This document shows positions 25,741 to 35,040 of a stretch of DNA of 64,000 nt, one piece after another. The position numbers were made by a program, and so were the translations under genes. The notes beneath the pieces are model-generated. The model had not been told where the DNA came from. It was given only the letters and a program-made list of their open reading frames with translations, and searched no databases. The stretch is from Lentisphaerota bacterium. Lineage in GTDB: Bacteria; Verrucomicrobiota; Kiritimatiellia; UBA8416; JABMPJ01. The DNA is taken from contig JABMPJ010000191.1 of assembly GCA_013203785.1 (NCBI GenBank), positions 505 to 64,504 of the forward strand, in the 5' to 3' direction. Positions within the stretch are counted from its first letter, which is position 1. Each line of letters starts with the position of its first letter.

Positions 25741-27165
25741 CTATGCCCCCAGTGCATCTGCAATCATTTTACCCACCATCTGTGGGTTGGCCTTGCCCTT
25801 GCTCAGGCGCATCACCTGCCCGACGAGAAACGTGGCGGCCTGGGTCTTGCCGTTACGAAAATCCTCGATCGACTGCGGGTTGGCCTCGATCGCCTGTTGA
25901 ACAAAGCACTCGATGGCGTCAGCATCACTGACTTGGGTTAGCCCGCGCGACGCGACAATCGCCCTAGGATCACCGCCGTGAGCAAAGAGTTCGGCAAAGA
26001 CCTCCTTGGCCGAGTTGGAGTTAAGCGTACCACTATCGACCAGCGCGATCAGCTCCGCCAGACTCTCGCTGGTCATGTGAACGTCGGAGATTTCCATCTC
26101 TTGCTCCCCCAGGAGCCGCAGCATCTCAGTCATGATCCAGTTGGAAGCGGCCTTGGCGTTGCCCGACGTCCGTGCCACGGCCTCGAAATAGTCCCCTACC
26201 CGTTTATCCGCCGCCAAGACATCGGCGTCATAGGCCGGCAAACCATACTCCGCAACTAGACGTTCACGCCGCGCCAGGGGTAGCTCGGGCAGTGCAGCGC
26301 GCCACGCGGCAATGCGCTCCTGTGAAAGCTCTACGGGCATCAGGTCCGGTTCGGGAAAATAGCGGTAGTCGTGGGCGTCCTCCTTGGTGCGCATGCTGTA
26401 CGTCATCTCGGTCTCTGGATCCCAACGCCGCGTCTCCTGCACAATGGGCTGGCCCGCCTCAAGGGCCTCGATCTGTCGCTCTATCTCGTAGCGCAAGGCG
26501 TGCTGGACACCACGGAAGGTGTTCATGTTCTTAATCTCAGCCTTGGTGCCCAGTTCCTTGGCACCCTCACGTGCCACGCTGATATTCACATCGCAGCGCA
26601 GGTTGCCCTGCTCTAGATTGCAGTCGCTCACATCGGCATAGAGCAAAATTTGCTTCAGAGCCACCAGGTAGGCTGCGGCTTCATCGGGCGTGTGCATATC
26701 CGGCTCGGAGACAATCTCCATCAGCGGCACGCCGGCGCGGTTGAAATCGACGCCGCTCGATCGTTTGAAGTGCATGCTCTTGCCGACATCCTCCTCGAGG
26801 TGAATCCGCGTCAGAGCAATACGGCGCGCGACACCATCCACCGTAATGTCTACTCCGCCTCCCAGACAAAGCGGCTTATCAAACTGGGATATCTGGTAGT
26901 TCTTGGGCATGTCGGGATAGAAGTAGCTCTTGCGATCGAACTTGCTGTAAGCCCCGATCTCGCAGCCCAACATCAAGCCCGAGCGCACCGTCAGCTCAAC
27001 CGCCCGTCCGTTCATGACCGGCATGGCACCCGGATAGCCAAGACAGACAGGACAGACATGCGTGTTGGGGTCGGCGCCGAAGGAGGTCCCGCAGGCACAG
27101 AACATCTTCGACTCCGTACGGAGCTGGACATGTGTCTCTAATCCAATCGTGGCGATCCAACTCAT
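25741..27165 (-). CDS. gatB: Asp/Glu-tRNA amidotransferase subunit B
   Basis: [15 protein letters not shown]…CACG…CPVCLGYPG is the GatB N-terminus. ATGA overlap with gatA. Confidence 0.9.
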   Translation of the reverse strand: MSWIATIGLETHVQLRTESKMFCACGTSFGADPNTHVCPVCLGYPGAMPVMNGRAVELTVRSGLMLGCEIGAYSKFDRKSYFYPDMPKNYQISQFDKPLCLGGGVDITVDGVARRIALTRIHLEEDVGKSMHFKRSSGVDFNRAGVPLMEIVSEPDMHTPDEAAAYLVALKQILLYADVSDCNLEQGNLRCDVNISVAREGAKELGTKAEIKNMNTFRGVQHALRYEIERQIEALEAGQPIVQETRRWDPETEMTYSMRTKEDAHDYRYFPEPDLMPVELSQERIAAWRAALPELPLARRERLVAEYGLPAYDADVLAADKRVGDYFEAVARTSGNAKAASNWIMTEMLRLLGEQEMEISDVHMTSESLAELIALVDSGTLNSNSAKEVFAELFAHGGDPRAIVASRGLTQVSDADAIECFVQQAIEANPQSIEDFRNGKTQAATFLVGQVMRLSKGKANPQMVGKMIADALGA

Positions 27166-28607
27166 ACGACCGACTCCGCCTGCTCCAGAGCGTATCCCAC
27201 GCGAAGAATGCACGCTTCACCAAAGGCTGGCCCCACAATTTGGAGCCCGATCGGGAGGCCTGTCTCCGTCGCACCACACGGCACGGAGAGGCCACAGTTT
27301 CCCGCCAGATTGACCGTTGCCGTAAAAATGTCGCCCAGATACATCTGCAGCGGGTCGTCAATCTTCTCCCCGATGCGGTAGGCCGCTGTCGGGGCGACCG
27401 GCGTCAGGAGCGCATCGCACGACTCGAAGGCCTGCTCGAAATCGCGCCGGATCAGGGTACGGACCTTTTGTGCCCTCAAGTAGTAGGCCTCATGATACCC
27501 CCCGCTCAAAACGTAGGTTCCCAAGATGATGCGCCGCTTGACCTCAGCGCCAAAGCCCTGCGCGCGTGTCTTGCCGTACATATCGATCGGGTCGCTACCA
27601 CCCTCGGCGCGTTGACCATAGCGTACGCCGTCGAAGCGGGCCAAATTGGCCGAGGCCTCGGCCGTGGCAATGACGTAATAGGTCGCAATGGCATACTCCG
27701 TGTGGGGCAGACTGACCGCGCGGATCGTCGCCCCGAGTGCCTCGCAGCGAGCCACCGCCGCGCGTACAGCCGTCTCGACCTCCGGATCCAGCCCCGCAAC
27801 AAAATACTCCTTGGGAAGACCGAGCGTCAGACCGCTCAAATCACCGCTCAGGGCGGCTGCATAATCGGGAACGGGGCAATCGACGGAGGTCGAGTCCATC
27901 GGATCCAGACCCGACATGACGCCCAACAGGATCGCCGCATCGCGGACGTCGTGAGTCATGGGCCCGATCTGGTCGAGCGACGAGGCAAAAGCCGTCAGAC
28001 CGTAGCGCGAAATGCGGCCGTAGGTCGGCTTGAGTCCCACGCAACCACAGAATGAAGCCGGCTGCCGGATGGAACCGCCCGTGTCGCTGCCCAGTGCAGC
28101 GACAGCGATACCACCCGCCACGGCCGCGGCTGAGCCGCCGCTCGACCCGCCGGGTACCCGATCGAGGTCGTGCGGATTCCGCGTGATCTGCATACTGGAG
28201 TTCTCGGTTGTGCCGCCCATGGCAAACTCATCCATGTTCGTGCGCCCCACGAAGAGTGCGCCAGCCTCACGCAGGCGGGCGATGGCAGTGGCATCGTAGG
28301 GGGCGACATACCCCTTTAGAATCTGAGAGGCACAGGTGCAGGGCTGCCCCGTCACATTGAGGACATCCTTGATCGCCAAGGGGATCCCCAGCAGTGGAGC
28401 TCGCGCGCCAGCGGCGCGACGCCGGTCGGCCTCTGCGGCCTGTGCCAAGGCCCCCTCGCGGTCGAGCGTCAGGTAGGCCTGTAGGTCACCATCGTGAGCC
28501 GCGATCTGCGCCAACAGAGCCGCGACGATTTCGACTGAGGTCGTCGTTCCCGCAGCCATATGCTCCAGCAGCGCATGAATCGTCACATTTTTGAAATCAA
28601 AATCCAT
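27162..28607 (-). CDS. gatA: Asp/Glu-tRNA amidotransferase subunit A (amidase)
   Basis: Amidase signature [14 protein letters not shown]. Start at MDFDFKNV. Confidence 0.9.
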   Translation of the reverse strand: MDFDFKNVTIHALLEHMAAGTTTSVEIVAALLAQIAAHDGDLQAYLTLDREGALAQAAEADRRRAAGARAPLLGIPLAIKDVLNVTGQPCTCASQILKGYVAPYDATAIARLREAGALFVGRTNMDEFAMGGTTENSSMQITRNPHDLDRVPGGSSGGSAAAVAGGIAVAALGSDTGGSIRQPASFCGCVGLKPTYGRISRYGLTAFASSLDQIGPMTHDVRDAAILLGVMSGLDPMDSTSVDCPVPDYAAALSGDLSGLTLGLPKEYFVAGLDPEVETAVRAAVARCEALGATIRAVSLPHTEYAIATYYVIATAEASANLARFDGVRYGQRAEGGSDPIDMYGKTRAQGFGAEVKRRIILGTYVLSGGYHEAYYLRAQKVRTLIRRDFEQAFESCDALLTPVAPTAAYRIGEKIDDPLQMYLGDIFTATVNLAGNCGLSVPCGATETGLPIGLQIVGPAFGEACILRVGYALEQAESVV

Positions 28608-28673
28608 AGCTGTCCAGCTGTTCTTACCATGTAAGAATCTAAAAGAGAGAGGGTCCTTCCCCCAGCACACTCG

Positions 28674-28979
28674 TCATTCGACGATCTTGGGAACCGCAAA
28701 CTGCCCATCCGCGCTCTCGGGGGCATTGGCCATGGCCTGCTCGCAGGTCAAGCCCACACGAACACCATCCTCGCGCAGCACGTTGGAGAGCATCTGGGTA
28801 TGCGAGGTGGGGGCAATACCACTCACATCGAGTTCCTTAAGCTTCTCAACATAGCCCACAACCTGCTCCAACTGGGGTTGAAACTCGGCCACCTCTTCGG
28901 CCGACAGGTAGATCCTCGCCAAGTGCGCGACATACGCCGTGTCGATCCCCTCGGGTCGCTGTATCTCTTGATCTGCCAT
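28674..28979 (-). CDS. gatC: Asp/Glu-tRNA amidotransferase subunit C
   Basis: ~100 aa: MADQEIQ…VAHLARIYLSAEEV… is GatC-like. Forms the gatCAB operon. Confidence 0.8.
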   Translation of the reverse strand: MADQEIQRPEGIDTAYVAHLARIYLSAEEVAEFQPQLEQVVGYVEKLKELDVSGIAPTSHTQMLSNVLREDGVRVGLTCEQAMANAPESADGQFAVPKIVE

Positions 28980-29142
28980 CTCCGAATCTCCAATCAAAAA
29001 AGAGATGAAGAAGATACCGAACGGTCGTCAGCAACACAAGTCCGCTCTACCGTTCACCGTCGCATCGGCTGCTGCCACCCAGTCGACCGATGTGACCACG
29101 TCGGAAGCAGGAACGGCACAGGATTCGCTTCTGGGATGAGCC

Positions 29143-30849
29143 CTAGATATTCTCATCCATGAAGTAGTTTATCTCCTGGATGTCAACCGATTGCAGCACA
29201 TCGAACGCTTCAGCCGCGTCGCGCGCTTTGGTGAGATGATCAATGAAGGCGGGATCATCAACGAAAATCTTGGAGATCGCGCCGAGCACCTTGAGATGAA
29301 GATCCTCTTTGCCTTCCGGCGTGGCCACCAGGATGATCACACTGATCTTCTCCCCATCGAGGGCCTCAAAATCGAGGGGGTCTGAGAGAATTCCGATCAC
29401 CCCCATAAGGTGCTCTTTTGCCGGGATACGCGCATGGGGGATCGCCAACTGATGACCCATGCCAGTCGAGAGCTGTTTCTCGCGGTCGACCACCGACTGG
29501 TGTAGAGCCTCAAAAGTGACCGAACGCAGATGGTTGGTCATGACAAGAAAACGGCACATCTTCTCGATCGCGTCCCATTTATCGGTTGTCTCGAGAGGAA
29601 CGAGAATGTACTCCTCATGAAGAAAGTCGATCAGGCGCGGCGACCCCTCACCGGATTCATGGGCCAGATCGAAAGCACGCCCTGTCGTGAAGGGCCCCAC
29701 CAGTTCGTTGACCACCACGGAGGCCAGCGTGATCGCGGCCACGGCCGCCGCCAGCCCCGACGACACAAAGACCTCGAACTCGTTCAAGCTGATGACCAGG
29801 CCGATGGCCAGCCCAGCCTGTGGGATCAGGCACATGGCCAAGTAGCGTGATATGACAGGCGATACCTTGGAGAGCCGACTGCCCGCCTGAACCGCCACGA
29901 CCTTCGCCACGAAGCGGCTGACCACGTACAGCAGCCCACCAAAACCGGCCACACTCAATATCGAGAGATCCAGATGGGTCCCGGCCAGCGTAAAGAAGAC
30001 GCAAAAAATGAGGCCATTGAATCCCTCCAGGATGTGGGACACGCGGCGTGAGTGATAGCTGAGATTGGAGAAAGTCACCCCGGTCGCCATGCAGACCAGA
30101 AGGGTCGATAGGTGGAGGTATTGGCAGACCACGACGTTGAGCAGAATGGAGACCAGAATGGTGGAAAAGAGGCCTGACTCCTCGTGCTGATGTTTGGCCA
30201 CCAGGGCCGCCGCCCCTCCCACCGCAAAGCCCAGGGCCAGGTCTTCCACAAAACTGAGCAGTGCAAACCCCAGAAACCTCAGTGCCTCGAAGGACTCCCC
30301 CGACAACAACTCGACGCTCATCACTTTACAGAGCTCAAAGGCCAGAATGGCGGCGACGTTGTTGAGCGCCACGACACCGATCAAGGTCTTAACCAGGACA
30401 CCGCGAGCCTTTTTGGTTTGGATCAGTCCCACAATCGTGCCCGGAGCCGTCGCAATGGCAATCGACGCAAGCAGGAGACGGCCGCTGAGATTGAGAACCC
30501 CAAACACCGATAGTACGAGCAGAACGATCCAGAAGGTAAGCACAGCATCGCAGAAAGCGATGGCGAAGACGCGGCGGCTGGCATTGTGCAGTTTTTTGAA
30601 ACTGAGGTGCGTACCGGCGATGAACGTCATCACTCCCAACGCGATCTCGGTGATGATTTTTACGTCATGCAAGGCATGATGCGAGAAAATCGCCAACACA
30701 CTGGGGCCGAGAAGTATTCCGACAAGGATGTGTCCTGTAATGTCCGGGATCTTGAGGAAGATCGCCAGTCGGCCGGCCACCAACCCGGCAATCGCCAGCA
30801 TCAGGAAGGTCGCGAGAGGCATCGGGTTCTCGATGAGATGTTCAAACAT
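29143..30849 (-). CDS. CPA2-type cation/proton antiporter (Kef/NhaP-like) with a C-terminal PTS EIIA(Ntr/Fru)-type regulatory domain
   Basis: ~12 TM helices. The C-terminal domain has GMGHQLAIPHARIP, the PTS_EIIA_2 His motif. Start at MFEHL (RBS gagga); alternative ATG at 30888. Confidence 0.7.
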   Translation of the reverse strand: MFEHLIENPMPLATFLMLAIAGLVAGRLAIFLKIPDITGHILVGILLGPSVLAIFSHHALHDVKIITEIALGVMTFIAGTHLSFKKLHNASRRVFAIAFCDAVLTFWIVLLVLSVFGVLNLSGRLLLASIAIATAPGTIVGLIQTKKARGVLVKTLIGVVALNNVAAILAFELCKVMSVELLSGESFEALRFLGFALLSFVEDLALGFAVGGAAALVAKHQHEESGLFSTILVSILLNVVVCQYLHLSTLLVCMATGVTFSNLSYHSRRVSHILEGFNGLIFCVFFTLAGTHLDLSILSVAGFGGLLYVVSRFVAKVVAVQAGSRLSKVSPVISRYLAMCLIPQAGLAIGLVISLNEFEVFVSSGLAAAVAAITLASVVVNELVGPFTTGRAFDLAHESGEGSPRLIDFLHEEYILVPLETTDKWDAIEKMCRFLVMTNHLRSVTFEALHQSVVDREKQLSTGMGHQLAIPHARIPAKEHLMGVIGILSDPLDFEALDGEKISVIILVATPEGKEDLHLKVLGAISKIFVDDPAFIDHLTKARDAAEAFDVLQSVDIQEINYFMDENI

Positions 30850-31081
30850 AAGAGGCCCTATCCTCACGCGGTCCGGCAGGAGATTCATCCATCCGCTCGC
30901 TGTAACGCATGCGGGGCCATACTAGGGCGATGCGCGTCCAAAATCAAACATTACAGCACTTAAAGCCACACATTCCTTATTAATCTGATTGCCTTACTCA
31001 CATATCCGCACTATACTTCGGCCATTGTTCAGTGAACATCTAGTGTAGTGGGCTGGATGTCGCTGCAAAGAGGAGAGTGCA

Positions 31082-31663
31082 ATGAAACAGCTATTGAGGC
31101 ATCCGGCTATAAAGATAGGCACCTGGGTCATGGTTGGGGCGCTCTTTCTCCTGCCCCTCATACTCGTCGATGGCAGGGCGGCCGCCTTCATGAAGTTTGA
31201 CGGCGTTGACGGCGAAGCCCTTGACTCCAAACACGAGGGGTGGATCGATGTGGAGTCCTTTTCCTACAAGATGGAACGGCTTGTCAGTGGTGAAGGCACG
31301 ACCCGCACGAATGGTGCATCACACGTCTCTGATTTAGTGGTAAGAAAGTGGCTCGACAAGTCATCGCCGAAGCTCATCTTGAGCCTCTGCGATGGAAAAG
31401 TCTTTCCAAAGGTGGAGATCGACGTTGTCGAGAGCATTGCGGGCACGAGCAATGATAAACAGCTGACCTATCGGCTGCACGATGTGCTGGTGACATCGGC
31501 CGGACCGACCGGATCCACCAGCGGTAGCGAGGCCCAGCCGACCGAGTTGGTCAGCCTCAATTTCACAAAAATTGAGATGCAATACAGCAACATTGATCGT
31601 GCGACCGGCCAGACCAACTACACCACCAATGTGATGTGCGTTGTCGAAGATGAGGCCCCCTGA
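31082..31663 (+). CDS. Hcp-family (T6SS tube protein fold) protein with an N-terminal Sec signal peptide
   Basis: Residues 37-193 (MKFDGVDGEALDSKHEGWIDVESFSY…VSLNFTKIEMQY) align along their length with Hcp1. The preceding 36 aa (MKQLLRHPAIKIGTWVMVGALFLLPLILVDGRAAA) form a signal peptide. Strong RBS aagaggaga at the 31082 start. Confidence 0.75.
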   Translation: MKQLLRHPAIKIGTWVMVGALFLLPLILVDGRAAAFMKFDGVDGEALDSKHEGWIDVESFSYKMERLVSGEGTTRTNGASHVSDLVVRKWLDKSSPKLILSLCDGKVFPKVEIDVVESIAGTSNDKQLTYRLHDVLVTSAGPTGSTSGSEAQPTELVSLNFTKIEMQYSNIDRATGQTNYTTNVMCVVEDEAP

Positions 31664-31722
31664 TCGACAGGCGCCACGACAACAGCGGTACCCCAGACGT
31701 TCACGCCTATCGGGAGTTCGGG

Positions 31723-32646
31723 ATGCAGGCAAACCGCAGCGGCCTGACAGAGCGCAGAAGCAGAACAGGATTCACGTATGCCGCCCTGACGCTGCTCCTA
31801 TGCTGCGCGAGCATCCCTTGCGGCGCCGTGGAGTACCGCATGGCGATTGATGGGCTGACCCCGGGATGGGAAGCCATCACGAGCTTCAACCACACCCTCT
31901 CACACTCCGGTACCGGCACGCTTGATCATGCCGATGTACGACTCACCAAGCCGCTCGACCGCTTCTCTCCACTCTTGGCGGGCCGGGTCTGCGAGGGCAC
32001 GGCCTTGCCCCTCGTGCGGGTGGATGTCCTGTCCACCACCACCGGTCGGGTGCACTATTACGCGATCCGCTTGAAGGACGTCCTGGTCTCGTCCTACACC
32101 ATCGACCGCGCCGCAGACACCAATACGCCAGTGGAGCGCGTGACGCTCAACTATACCGAAATCGAATGGACCTACATCACGACCGAGGCAGGTGGGCTAT
32201 CCGGATCGGCTTTGTCCGCCACCCGGACGGTCAACCCTGCAGGCGGCGGCGTGAGTGACCCCGACAGTGATGGCGACGGTATGCCTGATAGCTATGAAGT
32301 GGCACAGGGACTTCGGCTGCTCATTCTGGACGACGACGAAGATGACGATCACGATGGATTGAGCAACGGGGACGAGTACTGGGCCGGAACAGCCGCAGGT
32401 GACTCCAACTCGCTTTTCCAGGTCACCGGCGTCGCCACCGCTGGCGGCGGTGGCACGACGCTTCACGTCACATTCAGCAGCGTGGTCGGTCGCACATACG
32501 ATCTCTATTCAGCCTCCAGCGTGGTTGACACGATGGACGCCACGATCCCCGTCGCTACGCGCGTGGCATCGAACACAACCACCAGCGTTGACCTCACTCT
32601 GCCCGGCGCACAGAAGTTTGTTCGGGTAGGAGTGCGGGTGCCGTAG
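31723..32646 (+). CDS. Second Hcp-fold protein with a signal/lipoprotein-like N-terminus and a C-terminal extension (Asp-rich Ca-binding-like segment plus ~90-aa beta domain)
   Basis: YRMAIDGLTPGWEAITSFNHTLSHSG…LTKPLDRFSPLL…YYAIRLKDVLVSSYTI…VTLNYTEIEWTY is the Hcp core. The N-terminus TGFTYAALTLLLCCASIPCG is hydrophobic. DPDSDGDGMPDSYE resembles TSP3/calcium-binding repeats. Confidence 0.7.
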   Translation: MQANRSGLTERRSRTGFTYAALTLLLCCASIPCGAVEYRMAIDGLTPGWEAITSFNHTLSHSGTGTLDHADVRLTKPLDRFSPLLAGRVCEGTALPLVRVDVLSTTTGRVHYYAIRLKDVLVSSYTIDRAADTNTPVERVTLNYTEIEWTYITTEAGGLSGSALSATRTVNPAGGGVSDPDSDGDGMPDSYEVAQGLRLLILDDDEDDDHDGLSNGDEYWAGTAAGDSNSLFQVTGVATAGGGGTTLHVTFSSVVGRTYDLYSASSVVDTMDATIPVATRVASNTTTSVDLTLPGAQKFVRVGVRVP

Positions 32647-34999
32647 CCGCCTTGGGCGCGCGGCGCGGCGGAATCATACGCAAGCCACGTGACTGAGGGT
32701 TCCACCATTTCAGCAACTGGAACGGGCTTCCATAGCTGTCCGTCCACGTGATCTTCTTTTCACCGAGAGGCCGCCCCACCTCAGCCAACTCGGGGGCCGC
32801 CAGAATCACAGGGTCCCGCGTGAGGAGAACCCAGAGCGAGCGCGCCCGTACGGGCGAATCCCCCATGCTGTCGATCAGGAGGGCGTGCAGATCAAAGCGT
32901 GCGGCCATATCGGCCAGAACCGGCTCAATATCCAGAAAGCGATTTGAGATGTTAACCGCCAGAACACCGCCAGGCTGAACCAGGTGGGCGAGATAGAGCG
33001 AGATGGCCTCACGGGTTAGCAGATGCATGGGAATCGCGTCGCTCGAGAAAGCATCCAGCACGAGTACATCATAGCGGCGACTGCCCTGACGATACTGCTC
33101 CGCCTGCAGCGACTGGCGGGCATCGCCCAGCACGATGTCGGTCCGGCCGGGACAATCGGACAGAAAGCTGAATACGGCTCCCGGCCCGACCGAAAGAGCC
33201 ACCACCTGCGGATCAATTTCATAGAAGACGATCTGGTCAGCGGCACGCGGATAGGCCGCCAGTGCACCGGCGCCCAGGCCGGTGACGCCAATCCGAATCC
33301 TCTCGCGTTGGCTCTGCAGCAGGCGCAACAGCCGACCGATGCCAGTCGAAGGGCTATGATAGGAGGTCGGCTCGCCTTTCAGGTTGGGATTGACGTACTG
33401 CCACCCATGGTTGATCCGTCCATGGGTTAGTTGCCGCAACTGAATGCCTGTCGCGCTATGGCGGACCTCCTGTACACGCACGACACCAAAGAAATTCCGT
33501 GTGACGCGTCCGCTCTGACTGCGGTCGCCCCGCACCCGCTCGACCATGCTGCACTCCACATAGAAAATCACCACGCCGGCCAGCACACGGGGCCAGATGG
33601 ACCACTGCGCGGCTCGCCGCCGGCGCAGCCCCCCCCACCAGAGCAAAAGCGACAGCACCACCGCCGCAGACATTCGAAACGCGACCGACCCACCCCAAGG
33701 CCACACCTTGAGACACACCTCGATCCAACGCTCCGGCAGGTGGGTCAAGAGAAGGTAGCTCACCACACCCAGCAGCACCCCGGCCTGACGCGTGTCACCG
33801 CGACGCATGCAGCCCTGCGGGTCCAGCGCCGTGGCGGCAACGAGCCCCAGCCACACCACCAGGATCGCGATTTGAAACTCCCAATACCCGACAAAACAGG
33901 TGGGTGCCAACCACGCTACGACGGCGCCCCCTACCCCGCTGCCTGCCGCGATGCTAAGATAGTAAGCCGTCAAACGGGATGCCGCGGGGCGGAGTCGATA
34001 GAGCTCCCGATGAGCGGCCAGACAGAGCCCAAACAGCAGCGCGCTGATGGATGCCATATGGAGCGGCGCTGGCAACGCAATGGACAGGGCCGTCGTGACC
34101 AGAGCCACCAGTGTGACGATCGCACCCACAGGCAGCCCGTTTGGCTGGGCCCGCGAGCGAAACGCCAGACTGAACGAGAGGAGATAAAGCGAGAGCGGCA
34201 GAACCCATAGAAAAGGAAACACGGCCAGATCCAGACAGAGCTCGTTGGTCGCCGCCAGGAGCATGGCCGACGTGCCTGCTGGCACAATAATCCAGAGGAG
34301 CACCTGATAGCGGACCGGGCGCAGGCCCTCCGTTACGTCGGCCTGCGCGGGCATCGCGGGCGCAAGCGACACGAATCGGCGCGCACGGATGGCCAGAGCA
34401 GCAAGAGCGACGGCGACCACCATAAACGTCAGACGCCAGAGCATAAACTGCCGCTCGACCGTGAGCAGCGGTTCGATCACCACGAGGTACACTAGAAGAC
34501 CGCCGAAGGAGCCAATATTGGATACCGCATACAACCAGTAAGCCGAGCGATTGGGGTAGCGGCAGGCCTGCCAGTGCTGCACGAGGGGGCTGGTCGCGGC
34601 AACCACAATAAAGGGAATCGCGATTGTAACCAGCATCGTCCAGACCAAATCGAGCGCCGGGTGACGGCTCATGGCAGCCGGATCCCCCCCGCCGAGTGCG
34701 CCCGTCCGCAGGCGTGCATAGGCTATCCCGACCCCCACCGCCAGCAACACGACATGAACCACCGCCTGCAGCCGCCCCGATCGCTGGCGTGCCAGACCAT
34801 GGGCGTAGGCATAGCCCACCAGGAGTAGCACCTGGTAAACGAGCATCGAAGTCGTCCAAACCATGGGACTGCCTCCGAAACGCGGGAGGAGCGCCCGGGC
34901 CGTCACCAGTTCCAGCACAAACAGGAGAAAGGCCGAAAGGAGCACGACGGTTCCCGCCACGAGGCTCCGCTCGCTGGGACGCGGCTCGTCAGATGTCAT
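32594..34999 (-). CDS. Polytopic membrane protein fused to a spermidine-synthase-like (aminopropyltransferase-fold) C-terminal domain
   Basis: N-terminal ~480 aa has many TM helices. C-terminal GVTGLGAGALAAY…FYEIDP…LGDAR…YDVLVLDAFSSDAIPMHLLTREA…VNIS is spermidine-synthase-like. Alternative upstream ATG at 35068 would overlap the GH20 gene. Confidence 0.65.
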   Translation of the reverse strand: MTSDEPRPSERSLVAGTVVLLSAFLLFVLELVTARALLPRFGGSPMVWTTSMLVYQVLLLVGYAYAHGLARQRSGRLQAVVHVVLLAVGVGIAYARLRTGALGGGDPAAMSRHPALDLVWTMLVTIAIPFIVVAATSPLVQHWQACRYPNRSAYWLYAVSNIGSFGGLLVYLVVIEPLLTVERQFMLWRLTFMVVAVALAALAIRARRFVSLAPAMPAQADVTEGLRPVRYQVLLWIIVPAGTSAMLLAATNELCLDLAVFPFLWVLPLSLYLLSFSLAFRSRAQPNGLPVGAIVTLVALVTTALSIALPAPLHMASISALLFGLCLAAHRELYRLRPAASRLTAYYLSIAAGSGVGGAVVAWLAPTCFVGYWEFQIAILVVWLGLVAATALDPQGCMRRGDTRQAGVLLGVVSYLLLTHLPERWIEVCLKVWPWGGSVAFRMSAAVVLSLLLWWGGLRRRRAAQWSIWPRVLAGVVIFYVECSMVERVRGDRSQSGRVTRNFFGVVRVQEVRHSATGIQLRQLTHGRINHGWQYVNPNLKGEPTSYHSPSTGIGRLLRLLQSQRERIRIGVTGLGAGALAAYPRAADQIVFYEIDPQVVALSVGPGAVFSFLSDCPGRTDIVLGDARQSLQAEQYRQGSRRYDVLVLDAFSSDAIPMHLLTREAISLYLAHLVQPGGVLAVNISNRFLDIEPVLADMAARFDLHALLIDSMGDSPVRARSLWVLLTRDPVILAAPELAEVGRPLGEKKITWTDSYGSPFQLLKWWNPQSRGLRMIPPRRAPKAATAPALLPEQTSVRRAE

Positions 35000-35040
35000 G
35001 CGCTCACTCACATGCTCTCCACCAGGCGTCCAGCGCGGGC

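Noticed and set aside
31082-32646. Interpreting the Hcp genes as marking a type VI secretion locus
   Set aside because: No TssB/C sheath, VgrG, TssM, ClpV or baseplate genes within 30 kb either side. The flanking genes are unrelated. Reported instead as orphan signal-peptide Hcp-fold proteins.
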